A program made the translations under genes and the position numbers. A model generated the notes under the pieces. That model was not told the DNA's origin, ran no database searches, and saw nothing but the letters and a program-made list of their open reading frames with translations. From Euglena gracilis (taxonomy: Eukaryota), in the NCBI GenBank assembly GCA_039621445.1, contig CP154954.1, positions 33,581,455-33,645,454 on the forward strand: DNA of 64,000 bases, in the 5' to 3' direction. Within the stretch, counting starts at the first letter, position 1. Every line of letters starts with the position of its first letter. Of the stretch, positions 1 through 12,700 are shown in pieces.

Positions 1-538
1 CTACCGTCTATGAGCTCACCGAATGTTGGGAAGTTTTGAGAGGAGTTCTGTTTGTGCTCATAGGGCTATGGCCACATCGACCACCACGTCACGACTCCCC
101 ATCGAGTGTGCATGCCATTATGCGGTTGCTGACTTGTTTATGGTCCGAAGTATGCAACATCGGCGAGGCCTTTCATTTCTACCTGCCCCCCAATCACCTA
201 ATGACACTACCCAACGTTCTCCGGCCGAGAGCACTTTCCCCAGAGTACCTCCAACGGAGCCCTCCTCGTCCGACCTCTCCCCATTGAATGTACACACCGT
301 TGATATCCTGGACATCATGGCCTTGTTACGTCCGACAAGATCAGCAGTTTTTTTGTTGACCGTCACGTCCGGAGGGCACGACGGACAGCACAAAGACAAC
401 CAAACTGCCAACGCGGTGACCAACAAGGTGACATAAGCCCTAACCACGCTGTCAAAACCGAGAGGCCCACACACCAAGATGTCACACTTTGTGGTGACGT
501 TCAGCTTGAGCCAGGACCTATTCACCGGATAACCCCAC

Positions 539-3100
539 GTGAAGGACCCCTATCCCTGCGACCTAGCACCCGGCCCCATTGCGGACGACCAACTTGCACT
601 ATGGCCTCAGGGCCTTCTAAGTTGTCAAATGTGGCCCCAGGGCACGCCAACCACGTACGGCAACCGATTAACCAGGAAAACGCGGTATGGGTACAGTCCC
701 CCCTGGTGTGGCAGGGGCAAAAGCCTTGCCAGTTGTGGCGACATTGAAAGCAACCCAGGTCCCACAGAAACCCGCCCTCCCCAGCAGGAGGACGTTGAAA
801 TGGCCTCAGCCGCACAGACCTCTGCTGTGGCTGACGGAGCTACCGCTCCTTGGATCTTGGTTTCCAATGCACTCGACGCCGCTGTTCTCGCCTACTTTGT
901 CCCAAGCTATAATGCCGTTTCCCAGTTTGAACGGGGGCCCCGGGGCACCCGCAGCTGAACAAATCATGGTCATTGACGAACTAGAGTCCCGGGTGCGCTC
1001 AGCGATTTCCGAAATTCACGGGTGTGCGCCGCAGGGCCAGGGGATGATTGAGAATTTTGTGCCGTCCTCACCACAAGGGCAAGAGCAACAGTGCCAAAAT
1101 GGTCGAAGGCCGCAGCACCCCGTGGCTGTAGCACCAGCGCAATCCTCGACGAACGCTGATACGCTGCAAGTCACTCCCTTCTCGCAACCTTGCCCACCAC
1201 TGCAGCCATCTTGGGAAGAAATTTCCCAAGACACGCGGGGCACGTTGGTCCATATCCCACGGGGAGCGTTGCGAAACGTTGGGCTCGCCTTTTGCAGCAC
1301 CCTCAGTCGCTTTGTATCAAAACCAGGATGGGAAACCCTACACACACTTTGGTGCTTCCCAAAAGCTGTGCTTGCTCCACTGAAGCGGAGCGGGAAAAGC
1401 CATTGGGCTGCAGTTGGACAGAAAATTACTGAGAGAGCCAATGCCTACCTCAACCGGTTCACAGAAGATTCGTGGGATGAGACTCGCCAAATTCGCGATG
1501 CACAAAACCCAAAGAAGAGAACACGAAGTCAGACAAAAAATTTCGATGCAGAAAGCCAAGAAAGATTGTGCAACCGTGTTCAAAGCCTTGTCAGCCATGG
1601 GGCGGTCAGTAAAGCCTGCCGCATGCCAACTTCTGATGGAATCCAAGATGCAGATGACCCGCTAATCTTGGAACGGTTGGCTGCCTTGCACCCTCCTGAA
1701 CCCCAACCTGGAAGGCAAAATCTGCCTCCGGACTTCCCTCGCCTCGAATTCGATCTCAGTGAAGATGCAACCAGGGAGCGCCTAATTGAAATACGGAAAG
1801 CAGTCATGTCTTTCCCGAAGGAGTCCTCACCAGGACCGTCTGGACTTCGTCCAGATCATCTTAAAGACGTACTCTCTGATCCCCTGGGGACACAATCAGA
1901 ACAACTCCTCACAATTTTGGACCAATTCGTCCGAACATGTTTGACAAACGGAATTCACAACTCTGCGGCATGGGTTTTCGCTGGTGCCCGTTTGACTCCT
2001 CTTCGAAAACCCTGCAATCCAAGCGAAAACCTTGATGAGCTTGGCAATACCAACCCCATTTCTGACCCAAAGAAGGATGGCACGCGACCAATTGCAGCTG
2101 GGGAATGCCTGCGCCGATTGGTGGACAAATATTTGATGAGGCACCCCAAAATCAGGGACCTCCTTAAAGAACTGCAGCCACTACAATGCGGTGTAGGGGT
2201 CCAGGGGGCATGTGAACTCATTGCTATGGGACTGCAGCAAGACGTGAATCACCTGCACATGCAACAGGACAACACCTGGGCTTTGTTACAGGTAGATTTC
2301 AGCAATGCTTTTAATTGCGTGAAAAGAAAGACAGTCGTTGCTGAAGTGGCTAAACGCTGCCCGGAGGCGTACGTTTGGTTCGAGAGTTGCTACGTCGAAC
2401 ACAGCCCGCTCTTTTGTGGGTCATCACACCTTCGGAGTGCCTCTGGCGTACAACAAGGGGACCCTTGTGGCCCAGCCGGATTCGCCTTGGCGTTGCAATC
2501 TCTCGTCGAGTCCTTGCAAGACGTGGTGCCACTCCAATTGTGGTATTTGGATGATGGACACATCCTGGGAACCCTCCCACAATTACATGCAGCAATTACA
2601 GAAATTCAACGACAGGGGACGCTACTAGGCATACACCTCAACGCAAAAAAATGCCGCCTGTGGGGCCCTGCAGCAACAGAAGCCAATCGTGCTGAAATGC
2701 CGCAAAACAGCCCACTTCGTGCAGTCCCAATCGTGAACTACTCCCCTAATTCTGGTATACGGGCCCTGGGAATCCCGGTATGCCATCCACAAAGCGGAGG
2801 CTTTGCGGGGGAAGTGTGGGCTGAACGTGCAACAGGTGTGCAGAAAGCTTGCCGGGCCCTTTTGAACCTGCCTCAAGCCCATATTCAGTTCTGCCTCTTA
2901 CGAACCTGCCTAGATGCTTGCAAAGTTAATGACCTCCTGCGTGCAACAGAACTGGGGCAGGCAAATGACGCATGTGCTCTGTTGACCAAAGAAATCAGGA
3001 ACACAATGAGCAACATTGTTGGATCCCCAATCGATGACAACCAATGGGCTCAGGCCACCCTACCCGTGCGTCATGGCGGACTCGGAAATCGGGACCCATC
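539..3100 (+). pseudogene. Leader-2A-RT polyprotein of element A; frameshift at ~900-960; endonuclease lost
   Basis: The 2A lies in ORF 539-958 and the RT in ORF 687-3455, a different frame. RT-like sequence ends at GGLGNRDP (~3100). Confidence 0.8.
710..763 (+). other. 2A-like StopGo peptide GRGKSLASCGDIESNPG|P
   Basis: Exact D(V/I)ExNPGP consensus with T2A-like upstream context. Confidence 0.85.
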
Positions 3101-3219
3101 ACCATTCGGGACCCATTCAGAGTCAGTGAAGCCACCTCTGCGTACCATGTTGGGGGTCGGGGAGGACCCCGCTCGCCCGGGGGGGCTGCCGGGGCCGCAA
3201 CCACTTTTTTCTGGCCCTG

Positions 3220-3552
3220 TGTTTACGTTGGTCGTCACCACCCGCCGTTGGACGGCCACCGGGCAGCTCATACTGCTTGCCGTGGCACGCCCTCAGGCGG
3301 GGAACTACACCCAAGGTCCGGCCAACCAGTGTCTCGTCCTTGGGCGCAGTTACACGCGCCGGTCGATCCCCGCGGTATGCCCTCTGCCCGTACGGGATCG
3401 ACCAGGACTCACACGGCGGGACCTGGGTCTCGAACCCACGACCTCCCGCGTGTGAGCCCAGCACCTTACCGAATAAGCTACTCGAGCGATACTCGGCTTG
3501 GTACTACGCGCCGGCTACCAACCTCTGTAGGATCTCCCGTCTGCCGCACACA
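3220..3552 (-). repeat. TRIM 3' LTR
   Basis: Apparently identical to 3910-4242 (offset 690); TG...CA termini. Confidence 0.95.
3415..3487 (-). ncRNA. tRNA-Val(CAC)-like sequence / internal Pol III promoter in the TRIM LTR
   Basis: Minus strand reads GCTCGAG-TAGCTTATTCGGTAAG (A box)-...-CTCACAC-GCGGGAGGTC-GTGGGTTCGAGACCCAG (B box/T arm). Acceptor and anticodon stems are degenerate. Confidence 0.75.
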
Positions 3553-3562
3553 CTCCCCTCCC
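3553..3562 (-). other. Polypurine tract of the TRIM (GGGAGGGGAG)
   Basis: Purine run directly abutting the 3' LTR on the minus strand. Confidence 0.8.
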
Positions 3563-3900
3563 AAGAGCCTTACTACACTAGCCCACTGCGTCACTATGGC
3601 CGTGGCCCCTGCAGCTCGGGTTATGCCTCACACGGCCCTAGTTGGCTGAGTGCTTCTCACGAGTACTGCGTCACCAGGCTGCCGACCCCTGCAGCTCGGG
3701 TTTGCTATTGCCGGCAGTTTACGTGTTGTCGACTTCCACGGGCTCTGCCGCCTTGGAGCGTCCCCCTTTGCATCGGCTTGAGACTTTGGAACGGTGTAGG
3801 AGTTTCAGTCGCCCTAGACTCGGCGCGTCCGCCTCCGCCTTCCGGGCGCCGTGGGGTCAGGCTCTGATTTCCCGGTTCGTGTGGCATTAGACGGGTTCCC

Positions 3901-3909
3901 CTGCTACCA
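3901..3909 (-). other. Primer-binding site TGGTAGCAG (initiator tRNA-Met type)
   Basis: Immediately follows the CA end of the 5' LTR on the minus strand; complementary to ...CUGCUACCA. Confidence 0.85.
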
Positions 3910-4242
3910 TGTTTACGTTGGTCGTCACCACCCGCCGTTGGACGGCCACCGGGCAGCTCATACTGCTTGCCGTGGCACGCCCTCAGGCGGGGAACTACAC
4001 CCAAGGTCCGGCCAACCAGTGTCTCGTCCTTGGGCGCAGTTACACGCGCCGGTCGATCCCCGCGGTATGCCCTCTGCCCGTACGGGATCGACCAGGACTC
4101 ACACGGCGGGACCTGGGTCTCGAACCCACGACCTCCCGCGTGTGAGCCCAGCACCTTACCGAATAAGCTACTCGAGCGATACTCGGCTTGGTACTACGCG
4201 CCGGCTACCAACCTCTGTAGGATCTCCCGTCTGCCGCACACA
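3910..4242 (-). repeat. TRIM 5' LTR
   Basis: Copy of 3220-3552, followed on the minus strand by the PBS. Confidence 0.95.
4105..4177 (-). ncRNA. tRNA-Val(CAC)-like sequence, second LTR copy
   Basis: Same sequence as 3415-3487. Confidence 0.75.
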
Positions 4243-7200
4243 CCCTGGAGGGCTCAGGCCAGGGCCTTTCTGAAATTGGGCCCCGTTTTCGAACATGCCA
4301 ACCGGCGGTAAAGGGGGTGAGGTGTGCCCCCCCGACCCGGGGTCCCCGGTTGCCCCGCGTAGGATCTTTTTTTCCCTCCACTGTTGGTTTTTTCCCATTT
4401 CTCAACTTGAACTTTCAGGATGAATCCACAAAGACAAAAACCAACCCACCTACTTAGGTGAGCAAATCTGCAGCACAAGACAAACCTGACTTGGAGGGTT
4501 GGGAGTACCTGGGTTCAGGAAACCTGCTGCTTGGGGTAGAAGATCAGTTGGAAAGCAATGCCTTGGTTTCTTGGAATAATTGAATTGTCCTTTTTGATCT
4601 TTCAATTCTCAATTGACTTTTCTGCACTTGTGATTCTCAAATCGAATTCTCAAATTCTTGCTGGAATTTGCTGGGGTTCCAATTCCACTCGCGTGGCTGT
4701 TGACTTGCTCTGGTGGTTCCTACTGGGGGTTTTTGGGAATTTTCTGGGAAATTTTTGGCTGCCGACGCCAGCGGCAGCCGACACCCCCTCCCTTGCGACG
4801 TTAGTCGGACCCGTTTTTCTCCCCCCCCCCCCGAGCAAAAACGGGGAGAAGGAGTTTTTTTTTTGTGGGGGGCGAAAATTCCGTTTGGGTTTTTTTTAAA
4901 AAAACGGGTCCTGTCGCTTTTTTTTTGAAAATCAGCGTTACGCGTGTGACCCCCCCCCCCAGCCATAATATCGGGCACCTTGGGGGATTCTGAAAAATCA
5001 GGTCTACGGGGGAAGCCCCCCAAACCCTTTCCTCCGACAAGCATGGGGAACGGGTCTTTGAACACAAAATCTGAAAATTCTGAGTGAAACCAACTCTGGG
5101 CACTCCACCCCAAGGCCTAAGTCCCACGCTACCCCCTTGGTGAAAATCCTTTTGGCAGCTTTCATTGTGTGAAACTTCATTTGTCGATTTTTTTTAAAAA
5201 AAAATCAGGGACTTTGGCCAACAGTGCCTCAAAAAATGACTTGTGTGGGGAAGGAAAAGAGAAACCTAGGCATTCCTTTCCAATTCGGGACAGAAGGGTG
5301 AGGAAAAGGTTGAAGGTGAATGGGTGCAATGGTGAGAGGGTAAGACGGTTATATACGGCGGGAATAGTGTACAGATGTGTGCGGGTTTGTGTGCGTGTCC
5401 GGTTGTGTGTTTTGTGTGTATGCACGCTCACTTCCTTGTCATGCATTCCAACCGAAAATGACTGGGCCGATCGATTTTTTTTTGAATGCAAAGAGAACAG
5501 GGCTTCACATTGGCCCTCAGCCACTATATCACAGGGCTTTAGTGCCCACGTGGCTGTTTTTTTTCCTTTTCATTGGCCCACAACAGGGCCTATGGACGGA
5601 GGAGGGGTCATCTCCGGTCCAGGGTCCCCCCCCCCCCGAGTTCGGATGCCTCCAAGCTGTGTTCCATGAAAAAAATGCCTTTGACGAATATCCAATAGTC
5701 CAAACCGAATCAAAAAACTGAGTTTGAAAATCCCAACTCGTTTTCCATCCTCCAGAAAAATCATCGAAATCCCAGGTTTTTTCCAACTCTTTGTGTAAAA
5801 ATCCTCCAGAAACAAAAATCCTCAAAAAATCAAAAATCAGGGTCCAACCCACAAGTCCAGGGCCTACAAGAGCCCTCAACATCGAGAATTCCAAACTGCC
5901 ACCACATCCAGCAAACAAAGTCCAACCCACAGAAGCAACATCGAACAGCATACCGTTGCATAGGGGCCAGGCCATTCCAGCCCAACCCTGGGCACAACCA
6001 ATTCACAGCCGAAACCAACCAATTCGGCTTGCCAATTAAAATTCACTGCCCCCCCCCCCCAGTCATACGGGGCAATGGGGGTCAAATGACATGGCAAACT
6101 CAAAAACACTGAAAATTTATATCCAATTTTCTCAGCCAAAGCGATTTTTCACTGCCCCCCCCCCCCATTCACATGGGGCCATGGGGGTCAATCTGGCTTC
6201 AGCCTCCAAACAAAAAAATCACAAACCTGGGCCGTAATATCCAAACCGGCTGAAATCTCACACATGTCAAAGGACGGGCCTTCACAATGCCGCCCCCCCC
6301 CCCACCGTCAACCAGTGCGGGGAGGGCCATGGGTTAAAAATTCCTGGCTGCAAAATCAGAATCCCCATTCGACAAATAAAATGGGGAAAATGGAAATATC
6401 ATCAAACCCCGTCACATCTGGGGTATGACCAAAACAATCACGGTCACAATATGATGCATTCCTGTCCCCACCCAAACGTCTCACAGGGGTATCCAATTCT
6501 GAGTCAAAAATTCCAACCGTAAAGCCAAAACTGATTTTGATCCACCACACCAACACAGCTCATGTGGCTCAACACCCCCCCCCCCCCAGCAACACAGGAA
6601 GAGGGAGAGCGAACCCAGTCCAACCACTCGGAAACAAGAAAACTGCAACTCAGCCCCTGGCACCATGGGAGCTGCCCACCAGTTTGAATCTCGGCTTGCC
6701 CCTTGTTTGGGCAATTGTGTCAAAGGCTCGGTGGAGGTCAGCCATTAGACTTCTCCCCCAGCCAGGTGACTGAAGTCCAAAAAACTCAAACTCCTTGGCC
6801 AGAACATGAAATTCACCAATCAATCCATATCCCAGCTTTGAGCTTCTCTCCCCAGCACAGAATTGTAATCATGACAATCAGAATCATGTGATTCAATTGT
6901 TTGGGTCCCATTGATTTCATTAAGTCTGTTCTCCAACTCGACTTGAAATGTTCATAATCCCAGTCTTTGAAGTCCTTTCTTTGCAAACTGTTGCAATTTT
7001 TGAATTCAATAAATTCAATCAAATTCCTTGATGACTTGTCTGCTTTGTTGTTCAATGTCAATGTAATCATCATTGTCCTGGTCAACAAACTTGAACTTGT
7101 TGAATAAGTCATCAAACTCGAAATTCTCAAAATCTCTTGTGTTGATTCTTTTTTGGTGCTTGATTTCTTGCTTGCTTGCAAAACCTGCAAGACAAAGGAA

Positions 7201-8389
7201 CACACACGCACAAAATTCACCACTGGCAACACACAAGGCAGATTTCTGAATTTTCTCATTGAACCGAACCTGCAAATGCCAATGAACTCTGAACCAAAAC
7301 GGCACTTAAAAATCTGATCATGATCCATCAAATGGGTCACACGAAAACTGTGTATGCAAGCCCCAAACTGTAAAAATTGCCTCAGGAGTTTTGCATTGTG
7401 AGGCTCATGTGATTCTCCCTTAAGCAGACTCCTACAGCTGAAAAAAATGCAACAGAAAGTGCTACCCACAGATCAACAGATTTTTCACTGAAAACCTGAA
7501 CTGAATGATGATGCTGCCACCGATGGGCCCAAAAATGAATTTTCCTCAGGGGTGTCTTTTCCTCCTGGGTTAATCCACCTTGGTTCCCACTTGGACTGAA
7601 AATTGAAAACTGTTTCCAACTGTTTTCCTGAGCCCTTAGATGGGTGGCCACAGGGGTGTTTATTCCTGGCCTGGGTCTAGCCCCACCCTTGGAACCCCTC
7701 TTTGCGCGCTTTCTCAAAAACTTTTTGGTTGCGAGTGGTCTCTCCCCTACCTCAGGATTTGGCAAAAACCCAGATAAAACCTCCACAGGCCTGCTGGGCT
7801 GCCGCACTCGAAAACCAGAATGAAACTGGACTGAAAAAATCCCAAAAAACTGTGCCGATTCTCCAACATTTGTCCTTGTCCGGGGTAGAGTTTCTCTCTG
7901 GAAAAACTGTCCCGTGACAAAAGGGACCAGAAAAAACACAAATCAAAATTCCACCTGAGATGCCTGATTTGTCGCCGTCTGGGATGGTGACACATGTCAA
8001 TGCCGTGCCCCACCCCAAATGACATTTGGGACAACCGAAAACTGAAAACTCTGAAACTGAATATCATTGATCTGGCTGCCTGAACACTAGGAGAAAAATC
8101 CCAAGCATCGTGGCTGGGCGTCTCCATTTAAGTGGAAAGCAACTGGGGAAAAACATGCACCCCAGAAACCAGATTCAAAATGTTTGTCTTGGCTGTTTTT
8201 CCATAAGCCAAACTCTGTGAACTGAAAATCCAGATTTAAATTCTGGCTGATTGCGCATCTGCCTCCAACACCAAATCACCATGAAAAACGTATCACAAAA
8301 CAATCACAAAACAACCCACAGAAACATACTCGACACTGTGAAGTGCTGTGCTGTGTCAGTCAGTGGTTAGACCTGCTGAAAAAAAATCA

Positions 8390-9796
8390 CTACCACCACT
8401 GGTACGGTGGAAACCACCCCCAGCTGTTCCAGGGATTTAAATGCCAGTCCCAACCCCACCAATCCTGAAACCAACTTGGTCTCAAAAATTGAAAGTCATT
8501 CCAACTGTTTTTGGCAGGTCTCCAGATTTTCTTCGTTTGTCTGAATTTTCTTCGCTGAGTGGCAAAATCTGAGGAAGATTTTTCAGAAGACACTGATGAC
8601 GGCTGCAGATTTGTGACATGTCCAGAATTCAGGTTCACGGACACAAAATTTTCTGGACTTGGTGATTTTATTTCACTGGGCTGTAACTTTTCAGCGATTC
8701 GTAGTTCAAACATTTTCAGCCGTTCCTCCAGAATCTTTTCTTCACTCTCCAGCCGTTTTGACAGAGCCTCGCCCTTCTCACACAGGGACTGGATGCTTTC
8801 AGAAAAACGGTGTTCAATTTCACTGCAAGTTCGTGTCAAAAGGTCATGAAAACCATCTGCCAAATTTCTCAGACGGGTTTCAATTTCAGCCATCCGTCCC
8901 TCCAAGTGGCTGGACTCACTTTGGCTGGGCACTTCCTCCAGTTTCGTCAGCCTCTCGTTCAGAGAAAAAGTGTTTGAAAACAATTCTGTGATACCTGCCT
9001 CAACTTTTTGCCACAACTCATCCCAAGGGTCATAAAAAGTTTCAGGTTTTGTGACCTCTGAAGTTTCCACACTGTCTGATTTGACACTCAGCTGTCCGGA
9101 TTCAGATTCACACCGCACAACTCTCATTTGCAAAACATTTGGACAAGGGTCAAAACTTTCTTGTTTAACTTCAGGTTCTCCTGGCAGTGAGCTTGTTGGG
9201 CTTACCCCTGACGGTTTACAAGATTGACATGGAGAAGATGAGTCAGGGCCATGAGAATGTCCAATGGCCGCTTCACATCTGAGTTTCCAAAACTCCCTCT
9301 GAGACGCCAGAAGTTCAGCCTCCCTTTTTCTTTGTTCCTCTGTTTGGGTATCACTGAATTCAATTCCCTACAATTTGAATTGGTCACTGTATTCCTTGAA
9401 TTCTTTGTCATCAACAGAATCTAAAAATTCTTCACTGACAGAGTCAGTGAATCCACCTCTGCGTACCATGTTGGGGGTCTTGGGGGAGCCTGCTCGCCCG
9501 GGGGGGCTGCTGCTTTCGCTGGGGCCACAATTTCTCTTTTCTGGCCCTGGTGGGCTCAGGCCAGGGCCTTTGGCAAGTTGGGCCCCGTTTTCAAATAAAT
9601 CTACAGGCGATAATGGGGGTGAGGTGTGCCCCCCCGACCCAGGTCCCCCTGTCTCCCCGCGTAGGATCGTTTTTAGCCTCCACTGTTTTGCCTTTTCAAA
9701 CATTTGGATCAAAAGGTGAGCAAGGACAAAACCAACCCACCTACTTAGGATCAAACAGCAGAGCACAACAAACCTGGGGCTTGAGAGGGTGGGCAA
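8390..9796 (-). pseudogene. Coiled-coil ORF of the tandem unit, split by an in-frame stop
   Basis: ORFs 9368-9796 and 8390-9133 match parts of the 466-aa ORF at 13541-14941. Confidence 0.6.
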
Positions 9797-12700
9797 GTAC
9801 CTTTGAATTCAGGTGTTGAGTGGGAGAAAGAATGTGGAAATGAATGCCTTGATTTCCTTGGATAATTGAATTGTCCTTTTTGATCTTTCAATTTTCAATT
9901 GACTTTTGTGCTTTTGTGATTCTCAATTCGAATTCTCAAATTCTTGCTGGAATTTGCTGGTGTTCCAATTCCACTCGCGTGGCGGTTGACTTGCTTTGGA
10001 TATTCCTACTGGGGTTTTTGGGAATTTTCTGGGAAATTTTTGGCTGCCGACGCCAGCGGCAGCCGACACCCCCTCCCTTGCGACGTTAGTCGGACCCGTT
10101 TTTCTGCCCCCCCCCCCCGAACAAAAACGGGGAGAGTGAAAATGATTTTTTTTGTGGGGGGCGAAAATTCTGTTTTTTTTTTGAAACGGGTCCTGTCGCT
10201 TTTTTTTTGAAAATGTGTGTTACGAGTCGGACCCCCCCCCCAGCCATAATATCGGGCACCTTGGGGGACTCTGAAAAATCAGGTCTGCGAGGGAAGCCCC
10301 CCACCCCTTTCCTCCGACAAGCATGGGGAAACGGGTCTTTGAACACAAATCTGAAAAACGATTCCAAACGAAACAAACTCTGGGCACTCCACCCCAAGGC
10401 CTAAGTCCCACGCTGCCCCCCTTGGTGAAAATCCTTTTTGGCAGCTTTCATTGTGTGAGACTTCATTTGTCGATTTTTTTAAAAAAAAAATCAGGGACTT
10501 TGGCCAACAGCGCCTCAGAAAATGACTTGTGTGGGGAAAAGAAAAAGAGAAACCTAGGCATTCCTTTCCAATTCGGGACAGTTGGGTAAGAAAAAGGCAA
10601 ATGGTAAGCAAAAGTGAAAAGTGAGAGGGTAAGCGGTCATATGGAATAGTGTACAATGGGTGTGCGGGTTCGTGTGCGTGTGCGGTTGTGTGTTTTGTGT
10701 GTATGCACGCTCACTTCCTTGTCATGCATTCCAACCGAAAATGACTGGGCTGACTTTTTTGAACGCAAAGATAACAGGGCTTCACATTGGCCCACAGCCA
10801 CTATATCACAGGGCTTTAGTGCCCACGTGGCTGGTTTTTTTTTTCATTGGCCCACAACAGGGCCTATGGACGGAGGAGGGGTCATCTCCGGTCCAGGGTC
10901 CCCCCCCCCCGAGTTCGGATGCCTCCAAGCTGTGTTCCATGTAAAATGCCTTTGACCAATATCCATTATCCAAACCGAATCAAAAAAACTGAGTTCTAAA
11001 GCTCCAACTCGTCTTGTCGTCCACCAGAAAAATTATTAAAATCCCAGGCTTTTTCCAACTCTTTGTGTAAAAATCCTCCAGCAACAAAAATCATCAAAAA
11101 AATCAAAAATCTGGGTCCAACACAGGGCCTACAAAAGCCCTCAACAAAATCCAATACAGAATTCCAACCTCTGACATCCAGCTGAGAACAACCAACCCAA
11201 ACAAAAGCATCCAGCAGCATACCGTTGTTGAGGGGCCAGGCCATCCGGCCCAGCTGTGGGTCCAACCGATTCACTGGAGCCGTAAAACCAACAAATCCGG
11301 CTTGCCAATTTAAATTCACTGCCCCCCCCCCCCCAATCACACGGGGCAATGGGGGTCAAATGACATGGCAAACTCAAAAATACTGAAAATTCAAATCCAA
11401 TTTTCTCAGCCAAAGCGATTTTTAGCTGCCCCCCCCCCCAGTCACATGGGGCCATGGGGGTCAATCTGGCTTCAGCCTCCAAACAAAAAATCACAAACCT
11501 GGGCCGTAATATCCAAACCGACTGAAATCTCACACATGTCAAAGGACGGGCCTTCACAATGTCGCCCCCCCCCCCCCACCGTCAACCAATGTGGGGAGGG
11601 CCATGGGTTAAAAATTCCTGGCTGCAAAATCAGAATCCCCATTCGACAAATAAAATGGGAAAAATGGAAATTTCATCAAACCCCGTCACATCTGGGGTGT
11701 GACCAAAACAATCACGGTCACAATATGATGCATTCCTGTCCCCACCCAAACGTCTCACAGGGGTATCCAATTCTGAGTCAAAAAATTCCAACCGTAAAGC
11801 CAAAACTGATTTTGATCCACCACACCAACAAAAAACAGGGCTCAACACAGCCCCCCCCCCAGCTGCACGAGGAGGGAGAAAAAATGGCTCCAAACCACAT
11901 GCAAAATCCTGAGACCCAAAAACATGAAAAATCTGATTCAGCGCTGTGGGAGCAGCCAACCTGGCCTGGACCTGGGCTTTGGCCGTGCATCGGGCCACTG
12001 CCCACTGCAGGCTCTTGAGGTCGTTAAGCTTCTCTCCCCAGCACTTCAGTAAAATAAATGTACCCACCATTCTGGGATTCCATAAACGATCCACAATTGT
12101 AATCATGCCAATCGTAATCATGTGATTCAATTGCTTGGGTCCCATTGATGTCATTGAAATCGGTTCTCATCTCATCGAAATGTTCATCCCAGTCTTTGAA
12201 GTCAATTCTTTGCAAACTGTTGAAGTCTTTGAATTCAATAAATTCAGTCAAAATCCTTGATAACTTAACTGCTTTGCTCCTTCATTTCGTGATTGCTGCT
12301 TGAACCTGCATGACAAGGCACACACACACGCACAAAATTCACCACTGGCAACACAGAAGGCAGATTTCTGAATTTTCTCACTGAACCGAACCTGAAAATG
12401 CCACTGAACTCTGAACCAAAACGGCACTTAAAATCTGTATCTTGATCCATCAAATGGGTCACACGAAAACTGTATAAGCAAGTCTCAAACTGCAAAAATT
12501 ACCATTGGGAGTTTTGCATTGTGAGGCGTCCCCCACTTCTGAGTTTTTCTCCCTCAAGCAAACTCCACAGCCGAAAAAATGCCGCAGAAAGTGTTACCCA
12601 CAGATCAACAGATTTTTCACTGAAAAACTGAACTGAATGCCACTGATGATGCCACTGCTGGGCCCAAAAATGAATTTTCCTCAGGGGTGTCTTTTCCTCC

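Larger units (their letters stand above)
1..3117 (+). mobile_element. CRE-clade non-LTR retrotransposon, family A; 3'-truncated by the 5-kb tandem array; 5' end not defined
   Basis: ORF 687-3455 has SSPGPSGLRP, RPIAAGECLRR, QVDFSNAFN, GVQQGDPCGP, WYLDDG and LPVRHGGLG motifs. From ~3118 the DNA matches the tandem unit (agagtcagtgaagccacctctgcg, also at 14585). Confidence 0.9.
3220..4242 (-). mobile_element. TRIM (miniature non-autonomous LTR retrotransposon) with tRNA-derived LTRs
   Basis: 333-bp direct repeats TG..CA at 3220-3552 and 3910-4242. 5-bp TSD CCCTG at 3215-3219 and 4243-4247. PBS and PPT on the minus strand. Confidence 0.95.

Noticed and set aside
3100-3455. C-terminal ~115 aa of the 922-aa ORF
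   Set aside because: Read-through into tandem-unit and TRIM DNA; not part of the retrotransposon protein.
3415-3487. Functional tRNA-Val gene
   Set aside because: Acceptor and anticodon stems do not pair, and it sits inside both LTRs; treated as a promoter relic.
7040-7110. EF-hand-like FVDQDNDDYIDIEQ on the minus strand
   Set aside because: Lacks G6 and E12, lies in a short ORF, and is missing from the other units.
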